Positions 47,083 to 54,927 of a stretch of 64,000 nt of DNA are shown here, in pieces (position 1 is the stretch's first letter; the number at the start of each line of letters is the position of its first letter). Location: the NCBI GenBank assembly GCA_003135555.1, contig PLCF01000085.1:32001-96000 (forward strand), read 5' to 3'. Made by a program: the position numbers and the translations under genes. Origin of the DNA: Vulcanimicrobiota bacterium. Its GTDB lineage: Bacteria > Vulcanimicrobiota > Vulcanimicrobiia > Vulcanimicrobiales > Vulcanimicrobiaceae. Under the pieces are notes generated by a model. The model was not told the origin of the DNA. It ran no database searches and saw only the letters and a list, made by a program, of their open reading frames with translations.

Positions 47083-48759
47083 CTAGCGGACCACCAGACC
47101 GGCGCTGAGCGCGCGGCTGGCGTCGGCGCGAAGATAGGACGCCGCGGTGAGCGCGTAGCGTGCGCCCAGCGGAATGCGCACGCTGCCCTCGATGCTGCCG
47201 CCCCGCAACACCAGATCGAACCGCGTCGGCGCGTCCCAGGTGAGCCAGGCGACGTCGCGGTAGAAGCGGCGGCGAATGGTGATCGTGTCGAGCGGTCCGC
47301 CCGGATAGAGCGGCGCGGTCGCATCGAGCATGTCGCCGTCGCGCACCGTCCACGCGCGCACCGAGAGGCGCGGTGCCAACTCCCAGCCCAGCGATGCGGC
47401 GAAGCCGCGGTTCACCGCCGTCGGCGCCAGGTCGCCCTCGGTGTACGACACCACCGACGCTTGCAAGCGGTGATGATCGGAAAACGCGATTCCGAACTCA
47501 CCCAACGATCCCCGGGCCAGCGCGTAGCCGGGGGTGCCCAAGGTGGACGCACCGGCCCCCGCGTGCAGCGTCACGTTGCTGCCCAGCGGCGCGTCGATGC
47601 CCAGCGAGGGCAGCAGCGAGTACGCCGAGCTGGCCCCGTTGCCGTAGTTGTGCTCGTCGCCGTACGCCAGCGCGAGCGCGGCGCTGACGCGCACGACGTT
47701 GCCGCGCGCGGTGCCCAGGACGAGCGCCGCGTCGTGGTGTTGCGCGTCGGCGCTGCCGAAGTTGAGGCGCTCGCTGCGAAACCGGGCCCGTACCGCGATC
47801 GCATCGGGGCCGCGCCCGGTCGCATCGAAGGACGCATCCGCGACGCTCCCGGAGTCGCGCGACGCACCCAGCGCGTCGGCGTTGTCGGTCGTGAGCGCGA
47901 ATCGCGCCGCGATGTCGATGCGCTGCGTCGCCGTGTTGAAGTTGGCGCCGGCACCGGAGTAGTGCACGCCGGGAGCGTCGCCGACCACGGCTACGACGCC
48001 GGCGGTAACCGGGCCGATGACGTCCGAGGCGTGCGCCGCGACGAGCCGGCGCGGGCCGTCGGAATCCCACGAGGTCGCGGCCAGCACCGCGGTGCGCGTT
48101 CCGATCCGCAGCGCGGCGTCGCCGTTGGTCGCCCGCGCCGTGTCGAGCCGGTCGAACAGCCGCGCATCGATCACGCCGCCGCCGCCGCGATCGCCGTACC
48201 ACGGTGCTTCGAGCGCACCGTGCACGTCGAGCGCTCCGATCGCGTGCGCGGGGAGCAGGCTCGTCGTGTCGCCGCCGTCGCCGCGGCGATAGAACGGAAG
48301 CTCCTCGACCGTGGCGACGCCGTGGCCGCGCGAGAGCCAGCGGTCGCTTACGGCCGTCGGAAAGGCCACCCGGTAGGGCACGACGGAGGCGATCGCGGCG
48401 AACGTTCCGGCCGGGAGCGCGGCGATGTCGGCGGCCGTCGGGACGCGGTCGGCCGCCCGGTGGCGGCGCACGATCCCGGCCACCGGCGAACCGTCGGCCG
48501 GGACCGCGATGCGCAGCGGCTCGGCGTTGTCGGCGGTCACCAAAACGGCCGCCGGCCGGGCGGGGGTAGCGAGGGCGAACGTACCGTCGCGGGCCGTGCG
48601 GTCGCGCGCGAGCACCGTTCCCTGGGCGTCGAGGGCCGCGACCCGCGCCCCCACGACGACCGCGCCGTCCTGGTCGCGCAGCGCTCCGACGAGCAGTTCG
48701 TCGGCCGCCGCCGGCGCCTGCGCTCCGCAGGCGAGCAGCGTGACCAGAACCCCTTTCAT
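47083..48759 (-). CDS. Carboxypeptidase-regulatory-like domain plus putative beta-barrel protein
   Basis: GALRDQDGAVVVGARV...TARDGTF; plug-like WYGDRGGGGVI; amphipathic strands. Confidence 0.6.
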   Translation of the reverse strand: MKGVLVTLLACGAQAPAAADELLVGALRDQDGAVVVGARVAALDAQGTVLARDRTARDGTFALATPARPAAVLVTADNAEPLRIAVPADGSPVAGIVRRHRAADRVPTAADIAALPAGTFAAIASVVPYRVAFPTAVSDRWLSRGHGVATVEELPFYRRGDGGDTTSLLPAHAIGALDVHGALEAPWYGDRGGGGVIDARLFDRLDTARATNGDAALRIGTRTAVLAATSWDSDGPRRLVAAHASDVIGPVTAGVVAVVGDAPGVHYSGAGANFNTATQRIDIAARFALTTDNADALGASRDSGSVADASFDATGRGPDAIAVRARFRSERLNFGSADAQHHDAALVLGTARGNVVRVSAALALAYGDEHNYGNGASSAYSLLPSLGIDAPLGSNVTLHAGAGASTLGTPGYALARGSLGEFGIAFSDHHRLQASVVSYTEGDLAPTAVNRGFAASLGWELAPRLSVRAWTVRDGDMLDATAPLYPGGPLDTITIRRRFYRDVAWLTWDAPTRFDLVLRGGSIEGSVRIPLGARYALTAASYLRADASRALSAGLVVR

Positions 48760-48793
48760 GAACGCTTCACGAGCATGGTGTAGCATGGTCGGC

Positions 48794-49027
48794 ATGAGGA
48801 GCTTCGGGCGCTGGGCGATCGCCGGGGTGCTCGCGCTCGGCGCGTGTGCCGGTGCCGCCGCAGGCGCGGAGCTCCTGCTCGACGACCCGGCCTCGCTGGT
48901 CGTCAGCGCGCCTCCTGCGCTGCTCGGGCCCATCAACGAAGGCGGCCGTTCCGGTTGGAACTGCCCGCCCGAACGCGCGGCGCTCGCGCGTACCGCCGCC
49001 GCCGCAGCAGCTCTCCCGCGCGAGTGA
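48794..49027 (+). CDS. Small hypothetical exported protein
   Basis: MRSFGRWAIAGVLALGAC...; ends 1 nt before the TPR gene. Confidence 0.45.
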   Translation: MRSFGRWAIAGVLALGACAGAAAGAELLLDDPASLVVSAPPALLGPINEGGRSGWNCPPERAALARTAAAAAALPRE

Positions 49028-49028
49028 C

Positions 49029-49832
49029 ATGAGGGGCCTGGCCGTCGCGTCGCTGCTCGCGTTCGCCGTGGCGTCCGCGGTAGCATCGGCGCAATCCTAC
49101 CCTGGTCCGGGCGCACCGTCCCGCTCGACCGACGCCCGCACGCTGCTCGAACAGGCGCGCGACCGGGAGGTCCACGAGCGCTTCATGCGCGGGGTAAGCG
49201 CCGAGGAGCGGGGCGACTGGAAGGCCGCGGTCGCGGAGTTCCGGCGTGCCGTCATGCTCGACTTGCCCGAACCGCGCGGCTCGACGGCGCGCTACGACCT
49301 CGCCTTGGCCGAGATGCACGTGGGTCACGCCGACGACGCCGCGACATTGCTCGAGGAGGCGCTCCATCGTGATCCGCGTTTCGCGGCGGCGGCGGCGAAC
49401 CTCGTTGCGGTCCAACTCTTTCGCGGCGACCTGGCGGCTGCGCGCCGCGCCGCCGACCGGTTTTTGGAGATCGCGCCGAGCTCGGTCTTGGCACGTTACG
49501 GGCGCGGCCTGACCGCACTGCGCGCCGGCGACATGGCCACCGCGCGGACCGATTTTCGCGCGCTCATCGACGCCGACCCCGCCTACGCCCCCGCCCATTA
49601 CGATCTCGCGCTGGTAGAGTTGCGCGCCGGACGCGACGAGGCTGCACGCGCCGAGCTCGAGCACGCGCTGGCGCTTTCCCCGGGCTACGCGCGCGCGCGT
49701 TTCGCGCTGGGCACGGTGTTGATGCGCGACGGCCGGCGCGCCGACGCGCGCGTCGCATTCGATCGCTGCGCTCGCGACGCCGCAGATCCGGTGCTGCGCG
49801 CGCTCGCCATCGATCTGCGCGACAAGCTCTAA
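49029..49832 (+). CDS. Secreted TPR-repeat protein
   Basis: Signal peptide; repeated ARYDLA / AHYDLA / ARFALG TPR units. Confidence 0.88.
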   Translation: MRGLAVASLLAFAVASAVASAQSYPGPGAPSRSTDARTLLEQARDREVHERFMRGVSAEERGDWKAAVAEFRRAVMLDLPEPRGSTARYDLALAEMHVGHADDAATLLEEALHRDPRFAAAAANLVAVQLFRGDLAAARRAADRFLEIAPSSVLARYGRGLTALRAGDMATARTDFRALIDADPAYAPAHYDLALVELRAGRDEAARAELEHALALSPGYARARFALGTVLMRDGRRADARVAFDRCARDAADPVLRALAIDLRDKL

Positions 49833-49848
49833 CAGCCGCGGGCCGCTG

Positions 49849-50445
49849 TCAGCCGTGGCGGGACGCGGCGCGTAGGTAGCCCAGCAGCTCGCCGTCGGCG
49901 CTCGTCGAGAGCATCACCAGACGCGCCGGCAGACCGTGCGCGTCGAGGACGTACGCGAACGTGCCGTGGAATTGCCCGTCGAGCCGCGCGACGTTGAACG
50001 CATCGAGCAGCGCGCGGACGTCCGCCGGCCGTCCGCTGGCCCAGCGCCACCGCCCCGCATCGGCGTGAAAGCCGCGCGCCAAGCCGGCCATCGCGATCGG
50101 CGGATCGTGCTCGGGGTCCAGCGTCACGGTGAGCAGGCGCGCATCGATACGACCGCGCCCCAGCGCGGCGGAGAGCCGCGCGAAGAGCGCCTCGGCGATC
50201 GGGCAAGCGTCTCCGCAGCGTGCCGCGACGAAGATCACGGCCGTCGGGCGGCGCAAGTCGCGCAGCGTGAAACGCGCTCCGTTCTGATCGATCAACGGGA
50301 TGTCGCGCGCGTCGCGAGGGACGCCGGCGCCGGCGCGCGCCGGGTGGGCCGGAACCGCCGCCTGCGTCCCCGCCGGAGCCCCGAGCGACGCCGCGAACGC
50401 CACGGCGAGGGCGGCGACTGCCCGCCGGATGCGCTGCGGGAACAT
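49849..50445 (-). CDS. SCO1/SenC family copper chaperone
   Basis: LIDQNG, CGDACP (CxxxC), TLDPEHD, conserved His in FHG; GGAGG RBS. Confidence 0.9.
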   Translation of the reverse strand: MFPQRIRRAVAALAVAFAASLGAPAGTQAAVPAHPARAGAGVPRDARDIPLIDQNGARFTLRDLRRPTAVIFVAARCGDACPIAEALFARLSAALGRGRIDARLLTVTLDPEHDPPIAMAGLARGFHADAGRWRWASGRPADVRALLDAFNVARLDGQFHGTFAYVLDAHGLPARLVMLSTSADGELLGYLRAASRHG

Positions 50446-50494
50446 GGCTACCTCCACCGGTGAGTGCGCATCGGGCTTAGGCTAGGCACGCGCG

Positions 50495-50543
50495 CTGAGG
50501 CGCAGATGAAGCGATCGCCGCGGCGCTTTCAGGAAGTCTTCAC
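50495..50543 (-). promoter_or_regulatory. Putative OmpR-family operator upstream of the SCO gene
   Basis: Minus strand GTGAAGACTTCCTGAAAGCGCCGCGGCGATCGCTTCATCTGCGCCTCAG; near copy at 52137. Confidence 0.7.
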
Positions 50544-50581
50544 ACAACGGAGCTTGCGCGCAGGGAGCGAAACGACGAAGC

Positions 50582-51250
50582 GTGCGCATCCTCGTGATCG
50601 AAGACCAGCGCGAGATCGCCGACGCCGTGCGCGCGATGCTCGAACGGCGCAAGTACGCCGTCGACGTCGCCGGCGACGGTGAGAGCGGCTTCGACATGTT
50701 ACTGCGCGGCACGTACGATGCGGCGATCATCGACGTGGTCCTACCCGGGCGCGACGGTTTTGCGCTGTGCCGCGATGCACGCGCCGACGGAGTCTCCACG
50801 CCGGTCCTCTTTCTGACGGCTCGCGATGCGGTCGAGGACCGCGTGCGCGGTCTCGACGCGGGCGCCGACGACTACCTGGTCAAGCCCTTCGTCGAAGACG
50901 AGCTCGCGGCGCGGTTGCGCGCGCTGCTGCGCCGCGGCGCGCTGCCGATCCACGCCACCCTCGCCGTCGGCGACCTCGTCGTCGACCGCGGTGCGCGTGC
51001 GGTGCGCGTCGCGGGCCGCGAGGTCCCCCTGGGCGCGACCGAGTTTCGGCTCATCGAGTATCTGGCCGCCAACGCGGGGATCGCCGTCACGCGAGCGCAG
51101 ATTCTCGAGCGCGTCTGGGGCGACGATTTCGACGGGTCGAGCAACGTCGTCGACGTCTACGTCAGCGCGGTCCGCAAGAAGCTCAACGCGGTCGGCGCGC
51201 CGAACCGTATCGCGACGGTGTGGGGAGTGGGGTACTCATTGCACTCATAG
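50582..51250 (+). CDS. OmpR-family response regulator
   Basis: RILVIED, IIDVVLPG, GADDYLVKPF, SNVVDVYV, TVWGVGY. Confidence 0.96.
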   Translation: MRILVIEDQREIADAVRAMLERRKYAVDVAGDGESGFDMLLRGTYDAAIIDVVLPGRDGFALCRDARADGVSTPVLFLTARDAVEDRVRGLDAGADDYLVKPFVEDELAARLRALLRRGALPIHATLAVGDLVVDRGARAVRVAGREVPLGATEFRLIEYLAANAGIAVTRAQILERVWGDDFDGSSNVVDVYVSAVRKKLNAVGAPNRIATVWGVGYSLHS

Positions 51251-52140
51251 TCGCGCGGCTGTGCGCATCCTATTTGGCGATCCTGGTCGTCGTGCTCGTC
51301 GTCGTCGACGTCGCCGCGTACCTCTACTTGGCCGCGCACCAGCGCGATCTGCTCCAGCCGATCCTGAGCACGCCCGAAGGCTCAGCCGTCTATGCCGCGC
51401 AGCTGCGCAAGATCGCCTTGGGGCTCGCGCTCGCCGACCTACCGGTGCTCGTCGTCGCCGGCGCGGCGGCTTACGCGCTGGCGCTGATCTCGGTGCGGCC
51501 GTTGGTCGCCGCCCGGGAACGTGAGGCGCGCTTCGCCGCCGAGGCGGCTCACGAGCTGCGCACGCCGCTGGCGCAGATCGCGAGCATCGCGCAGATCGCC
51601 CACGGCACCAACGCCGACGACGCTCTGGCGCGCATCGCGGCGCTGGCGCTCGATGCCTCGGGCACGATCAGCGATCTGCTCGCGCTCGTCCGTGAGGAGC
51701 GCGTCGCGCCCAAGCTCTCGGAGCCGGTCGATCTCGGTGCGCTGGCGCGCTCGGCGGTCGAAGGGTGGCGCCGCGACGGGCTTCGCTACGACCTCACCGC
51801 CTCCGAGCAGTGCTGGGTCGAAGGCGACGAACGGCGCTTGCGGCGCCTGGCCGAGAACTTGCTCGATAATGCCGGGCGGCACGCGCGCACCCAGGTCCTG
51901 GTGCGCGTCGCGCCCGACGGTGCACGCATCGCGCTCAGCGTCGAAGACGACGGGCCCGGGGTTGCACCCGAGTTGCGCGAGCGCATCTTCGAGCGCTTCG
52001 TGCGAGCCGACGACGACGATCGCGGTAGCGGCCTGGGACTGGCGATCTGCCGCGCGATCGCGCGCGCGCACGGCGGCGATCTCGTGCTCGAAGACCGCAG
52101 CCGCTTCGTGGCCCGCCTCCCGAGATTCGAAGTAACGTGA
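51220..52140 (+). CDS. Sensor histidine kinase (start uncertain)
   Basis: Two TM segments, HELRTPL, NLLDNA, EDDGPG, GSGLGL. Confidence 0.92.
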   Translation: MGSGVLIALIVARLCASYLAILVVVLVVVDVAAYLYLAAHQRDLLQPILSTPEGSAVYAAQLRKIALGLALADLPVLVVAGAAAYALALISVRPLVAAREREARFAAEAAHELRTPLAQIASIAQIAHGTNADDALARIAALALDASGTISDLLALVREERVAPKLSEPVDLGALARSAVEGWRRDGLRYDLTASEQCWVEGDERRLRRLAENLLDNAGRHARTQVLVRVAPDGARIALSVEDDGPGVAPELRERIFERFVRADDDDRGSGLGLAICRAIARAHGGDLVLEDRSRFVARLPRFEVT

Positions 52141-52185
52141 AAGCTTTCTGAAGGCGTCGCGCGATCGGCTTCATGCGGCTCTCAG
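52137..52185 (+). promoter_or_regulatory. Putative OmpR-family operator upstream of the cupredoxin-cytochrome operon
   Basis: GTGAAAGCTTTCTGAAGGCGTCGCGCGATCGGCTTCATGCGGCTCTCAG. Confidence 0.7.
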
Positions 52186-52207
52186 GGCCGCAGTCGAGGA
52201 TCGATCG

Positions 52208-52660
52208 GTGCGAATCACTTCGCTCCTCCTTGTCTTGGGATTGGCTGGTTGCACTCCCGGTGCGCCGCCCGCCGGAACCGGGACCGCCGCCGCGGCGACG
52301 ACGATGATCGACGTCTCACTCACGTCGTCGACCGCCGTCGCGACGGCGTTCGGGAGCGCGGGCGGCTTTTCGCCTTCCATCACCACCGTCGCGCTCGGCT
52401 CGACCGTGCGCTTCGTGAACGTCGACTCGTTCGCGCACACCGCATCGTCGTTCGGCGGCGCCGCATTTCCGGCGGCGTCGCCGCTGGGCGCCGCGGCGCT
52501 CACCACCTCGGGCGCGACCCTCTCGGGCGGCTGGACCAGCGGCGCGCTGGGCGCCGGCGATGCGTCGCCGGTGCTAGTCGCCGACAAGCTCGGCACCTAT
52601 CTGTACGGTTGTTTCTTCCACTACGGCGCGCCGATGCGGGGCGCCATCGTTGTGCAGTAG
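52208..52660 (+). CDS. Cupredoxin (type-1 copper) lipoprotein
   Basis: LAGC lipobox; His in AHT; YGCFFHYGAPMRG (C-x2-H-x4-M). Confidence 0.9.
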   Translation: MRITSLLLVLGLAGCTPGAPPAGTGTAAAATTMIDVSLTSSTAVATAFGSAGGFSPSITTVALGSTVRFVNVDSFAHTASSFGGAAFPAASPLGAAALTTSGATLSGGWTSGALGAGDASPVLVADKLGTYLYGCFFHYGAPMRGAIVVQ

Positions 52661-53786
52661 CCGCGCCGCTCTCGCGGCGCTGAGCCTCGCCGCGGTCGCG
52701 GCATTGGCGCCGCAGCCGGCGCACGCGGTCCCGCTGTTCGCGCAGCGCTACAACCTGCAGTGCGGCGCCTGCCATTCGGTGCTGCCCGAGCTCAACGCGT
52801 TCGGCAACGCCTTTCGCGAGCGCGGCTACCGGCTCGACGGCGCGCCCAAGCACGGTACGACGATCGTGGCGCTGCGCGAGCAAGTCGGCTACGTGAAGGA
52901 CCCCACCGACGGAACGACGCGGCGGGTGACGCCAGCGGGTGCGATCCTCGGCGCGGTCGAGGTCGGGCGCGTCGAAGCCTTCGTGCACGAGAGCCTGGGC
53001 AGCGGCGGCGGCCCGTCCTCGCTGTTCTTGGGCTATCTCGCCTACGGCGATGCGCACTCGGGGGTGCTCTATCGGGCCGGATTGATGGAGCTGCCGCTGA
53101 TCCATTCGCCGGGGCAGCGCAACGACACGCTCACGACCTACGGCTACGAAGGGACGCTCACCGGCCTCAACGACCTGTCGCTGGCGACGCCGCGCTGGGG
53201 CTTCGAAGCGGAGCGCAACGTCGGCGCCGGGCGCATCAGCGCGACGCTGGCGGTGGCCAACGGCGGCGGATCGGCCTACGGCGGGAAGCCCGTCTCGACG
53301 GGCCGCTCGGAGTCGTTCGCCGCGCCGGAGCTCGGCCTGTACGCGCGCTTTCCGGTGCTCGACGACGTGCACGTCGGCGTCGACGCGCTCTCCGGCTCGC
53401 GCTCGATCGGGGTGAGCGCCCGGCCGGCGTTCGACGACCGGTACACTCGCCTGGGCACCAACCTCGAGGCGCGCCGCGGACGGCTCGAGTTTCTGGCCGA
53501 GCAATGGTGGGGCCGCGACTTCAACGCCGACGGCGGCGGCAACCGTCTCGACTCGGACGGCGGTTTCGTGCGCCTGCGCTGGCGGCTCGGCTCGCATGCG
53601 TACCTAGGGGTCCGCGAGGACGGCGCCGCGGCGCCGGCGGCGACTCGGTCGCTGCTCTGGTACGCCGAGGCGCACGTGACGCCGCATGCGCGGGTGCTGA
53701 TCCAGCAGCGCCGGACCATCCCCGGCGGCCCCACCACCCTCGAGGGTGCGCTGACCATCGGCATCCCCTGGCCGCGCGGCCAGTGA
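52650..53786 (+). CDS. Cyc2-like monoheme cytochrome c / porin fusion
   Basis: Signal AHA|VPLFAQRYNLQCGACH...PELNAFGNAFRERGY, followed by amphipathic beta strands. Confidence 0.8.
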   Translation: MCSSRAALAALSLAAVAALAPQPAHAVPLFAQRYNLQCGACHSVLPELNAFGNAFRERGYRLDGAPKHGTTIVALREQVGYVKDPTDGTTRRVTPAGAILGAVEVGRVEAFVHESLGSGGGPSSLFLGYLAYGDAHSGVLYRAGLMELPLIHSPGQRNDTLTTYGYEGTLTGLNDLSLATPRWGFEAERNVGAGRISATLAVANGGGSAYGGKPVSTGRSESFAAPELGLYARFPVLDDVHVGVDALSGSRSIGVSARPAFDDRYTRLGTNLEARRGRLEFLAEQWWGRDFNADGGGNRLDSDGGFVRLRWRLGSHAYLGVREDGAAAPAATRSLLWYAEAHVTPHARVLIQQRRTIPGGPTTLEGALTIGIPWPRGQ

Positions 53787-53900
53787 AGGCGCGCGCTCTC
53801 TTAGGCCGTTTCCTGGTATAAGGCGAGCAACCGGAACGAAACCGGCTCGGTGCGCGCGGCGTCGAAGACGATGTCACCGCCCGAACCCTTGGAGCGCCTC

Positions 53901-54686
53901 ATGCTCGCGACACCAGCCCTTCGTTACATCACGGTCGAAGCCGTCGACGGCGTTGCGGTCGTCACGCTGAACCGGCCCGAAAAACGCAACGCGCTCTCGC
54001 TCGATGTCATGGGCGAGCTGATGGCCAGCTTCGAAGCGATCGGCGCCGACCGCACGCTCAAGGTCGTGATCCTGCGCGCGCTCGGGCCGGCCTTCAGCGC
54101 CGGGCACGATCTGCGCGAGATGCTCGATCGCAGCGTCGCCGAGTACCGCACGACCTTCGACGCGTGCGTGCGGCTGATGGAGACGATCCAGACGATCCCT
54201 CAGCCGGTGATCGCCGAGGTCGCCGGGGTCGCCACGGCCGCCGGCTGCCAGCTCGTCGCGACCTGCGATCTCGCGGTGGCGTCCGCCGCCGCGACGTTCG
54301 CCACGCCGGGAGTGAAGATCGGACTGTTCTGCACCACGCCGATGGTCGCGTTGACCCGCGCGATCGGCCGCAAGCGCGCGATGGAAATGCTGCTCACCGG
54401 CACGCCGATCGACGCGGCGACGGCGGCCGACTGGGGCCTGGTGAACCGCGTCGTCGCGTCCGAGGATTTGGAGCGGACGGTGCGCGAGCTGGCCACCGGC
54501 ATCGCGTCGGCGGCCGGGTTCGTCATCGGGCTCGGCAAGGCGGCCTTCTACGCGCAGATCGATCTCGATCAGCCCAAGGCATACGCCTATGCCAAGGAAG
54601 TCATGTCGATGAACGCGCTGGCCGAGGATGCGCAGGAAGGGATGGGCGCGTTCGTCTCCAAGCGCGCCCCGGCGTGGAAATCCTGA
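53901..54686 (+). CDS. Enoyl-CoA hydratase/isomerase family protein
   Basis: TLNRPEKRNAL, FSAGHDL, AAGCQLVATCD. Confidence 0.93.
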   Translation: MLATPALRYITVEAVDGVAVVTLNRPEKRNALSLDVMGELMASFEAIGADRTLKVVILRALGPAFSAGHDLREMLDRSVAEYRTTFDACVRLMETIQTIPQPVIAEVAGVATAAGCQLVATCDLAVASAAATFATPGVKIGLFCTTPMVALTRAIGRKRAMEMLLTGTPIDAATAADWGLVNRVVASEDLERTVRELATGIASAAGFVIGLGKAAFYAQIDLDQPKAYAYAKEVMSMNALAEDAQEGMGAFVSKRAPAWKS

Positions 54687-54699
54687 GAAGCTCGGACCT

Positions 54700-54907
54700 A
54701 CGCATTCCTACGGAGAGCGGTTAAGCACTCTTAACGGTCGGGTAAGGCGACCGCAAGGAATCGCCGCCGCGGCTTCCAATGATGCGTCGTCAGGTGTGTG
54801 GGCCGCGTCTCCAACGGGGATGCTACGAATCGTCGCCCACACCCGGTAGTAGGGCAACCTGCTACGCGACGGCAGTAAGGCCCGCTTCACGGCGGGTCTT
54901 GCTGTTT
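54700..54907 (+). ncRNA. Unassigned structured RNA candidate ending in a long hairpin
   Basis: At least six helices by eye, two GCAA tetraloops, G-U pairs, 13-bp terminal stem. Confidence 0.6.
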
Positions 54908-54927
54908 GTGCGCGAAAGACGCGGCCC

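Noticed and set aside
51220..51250. Response regulator-kinase fusion or frameshift
   Set aside because: An in-frame GTG at 51220 gives an ordinary overlapping start, so no recoding is needed.
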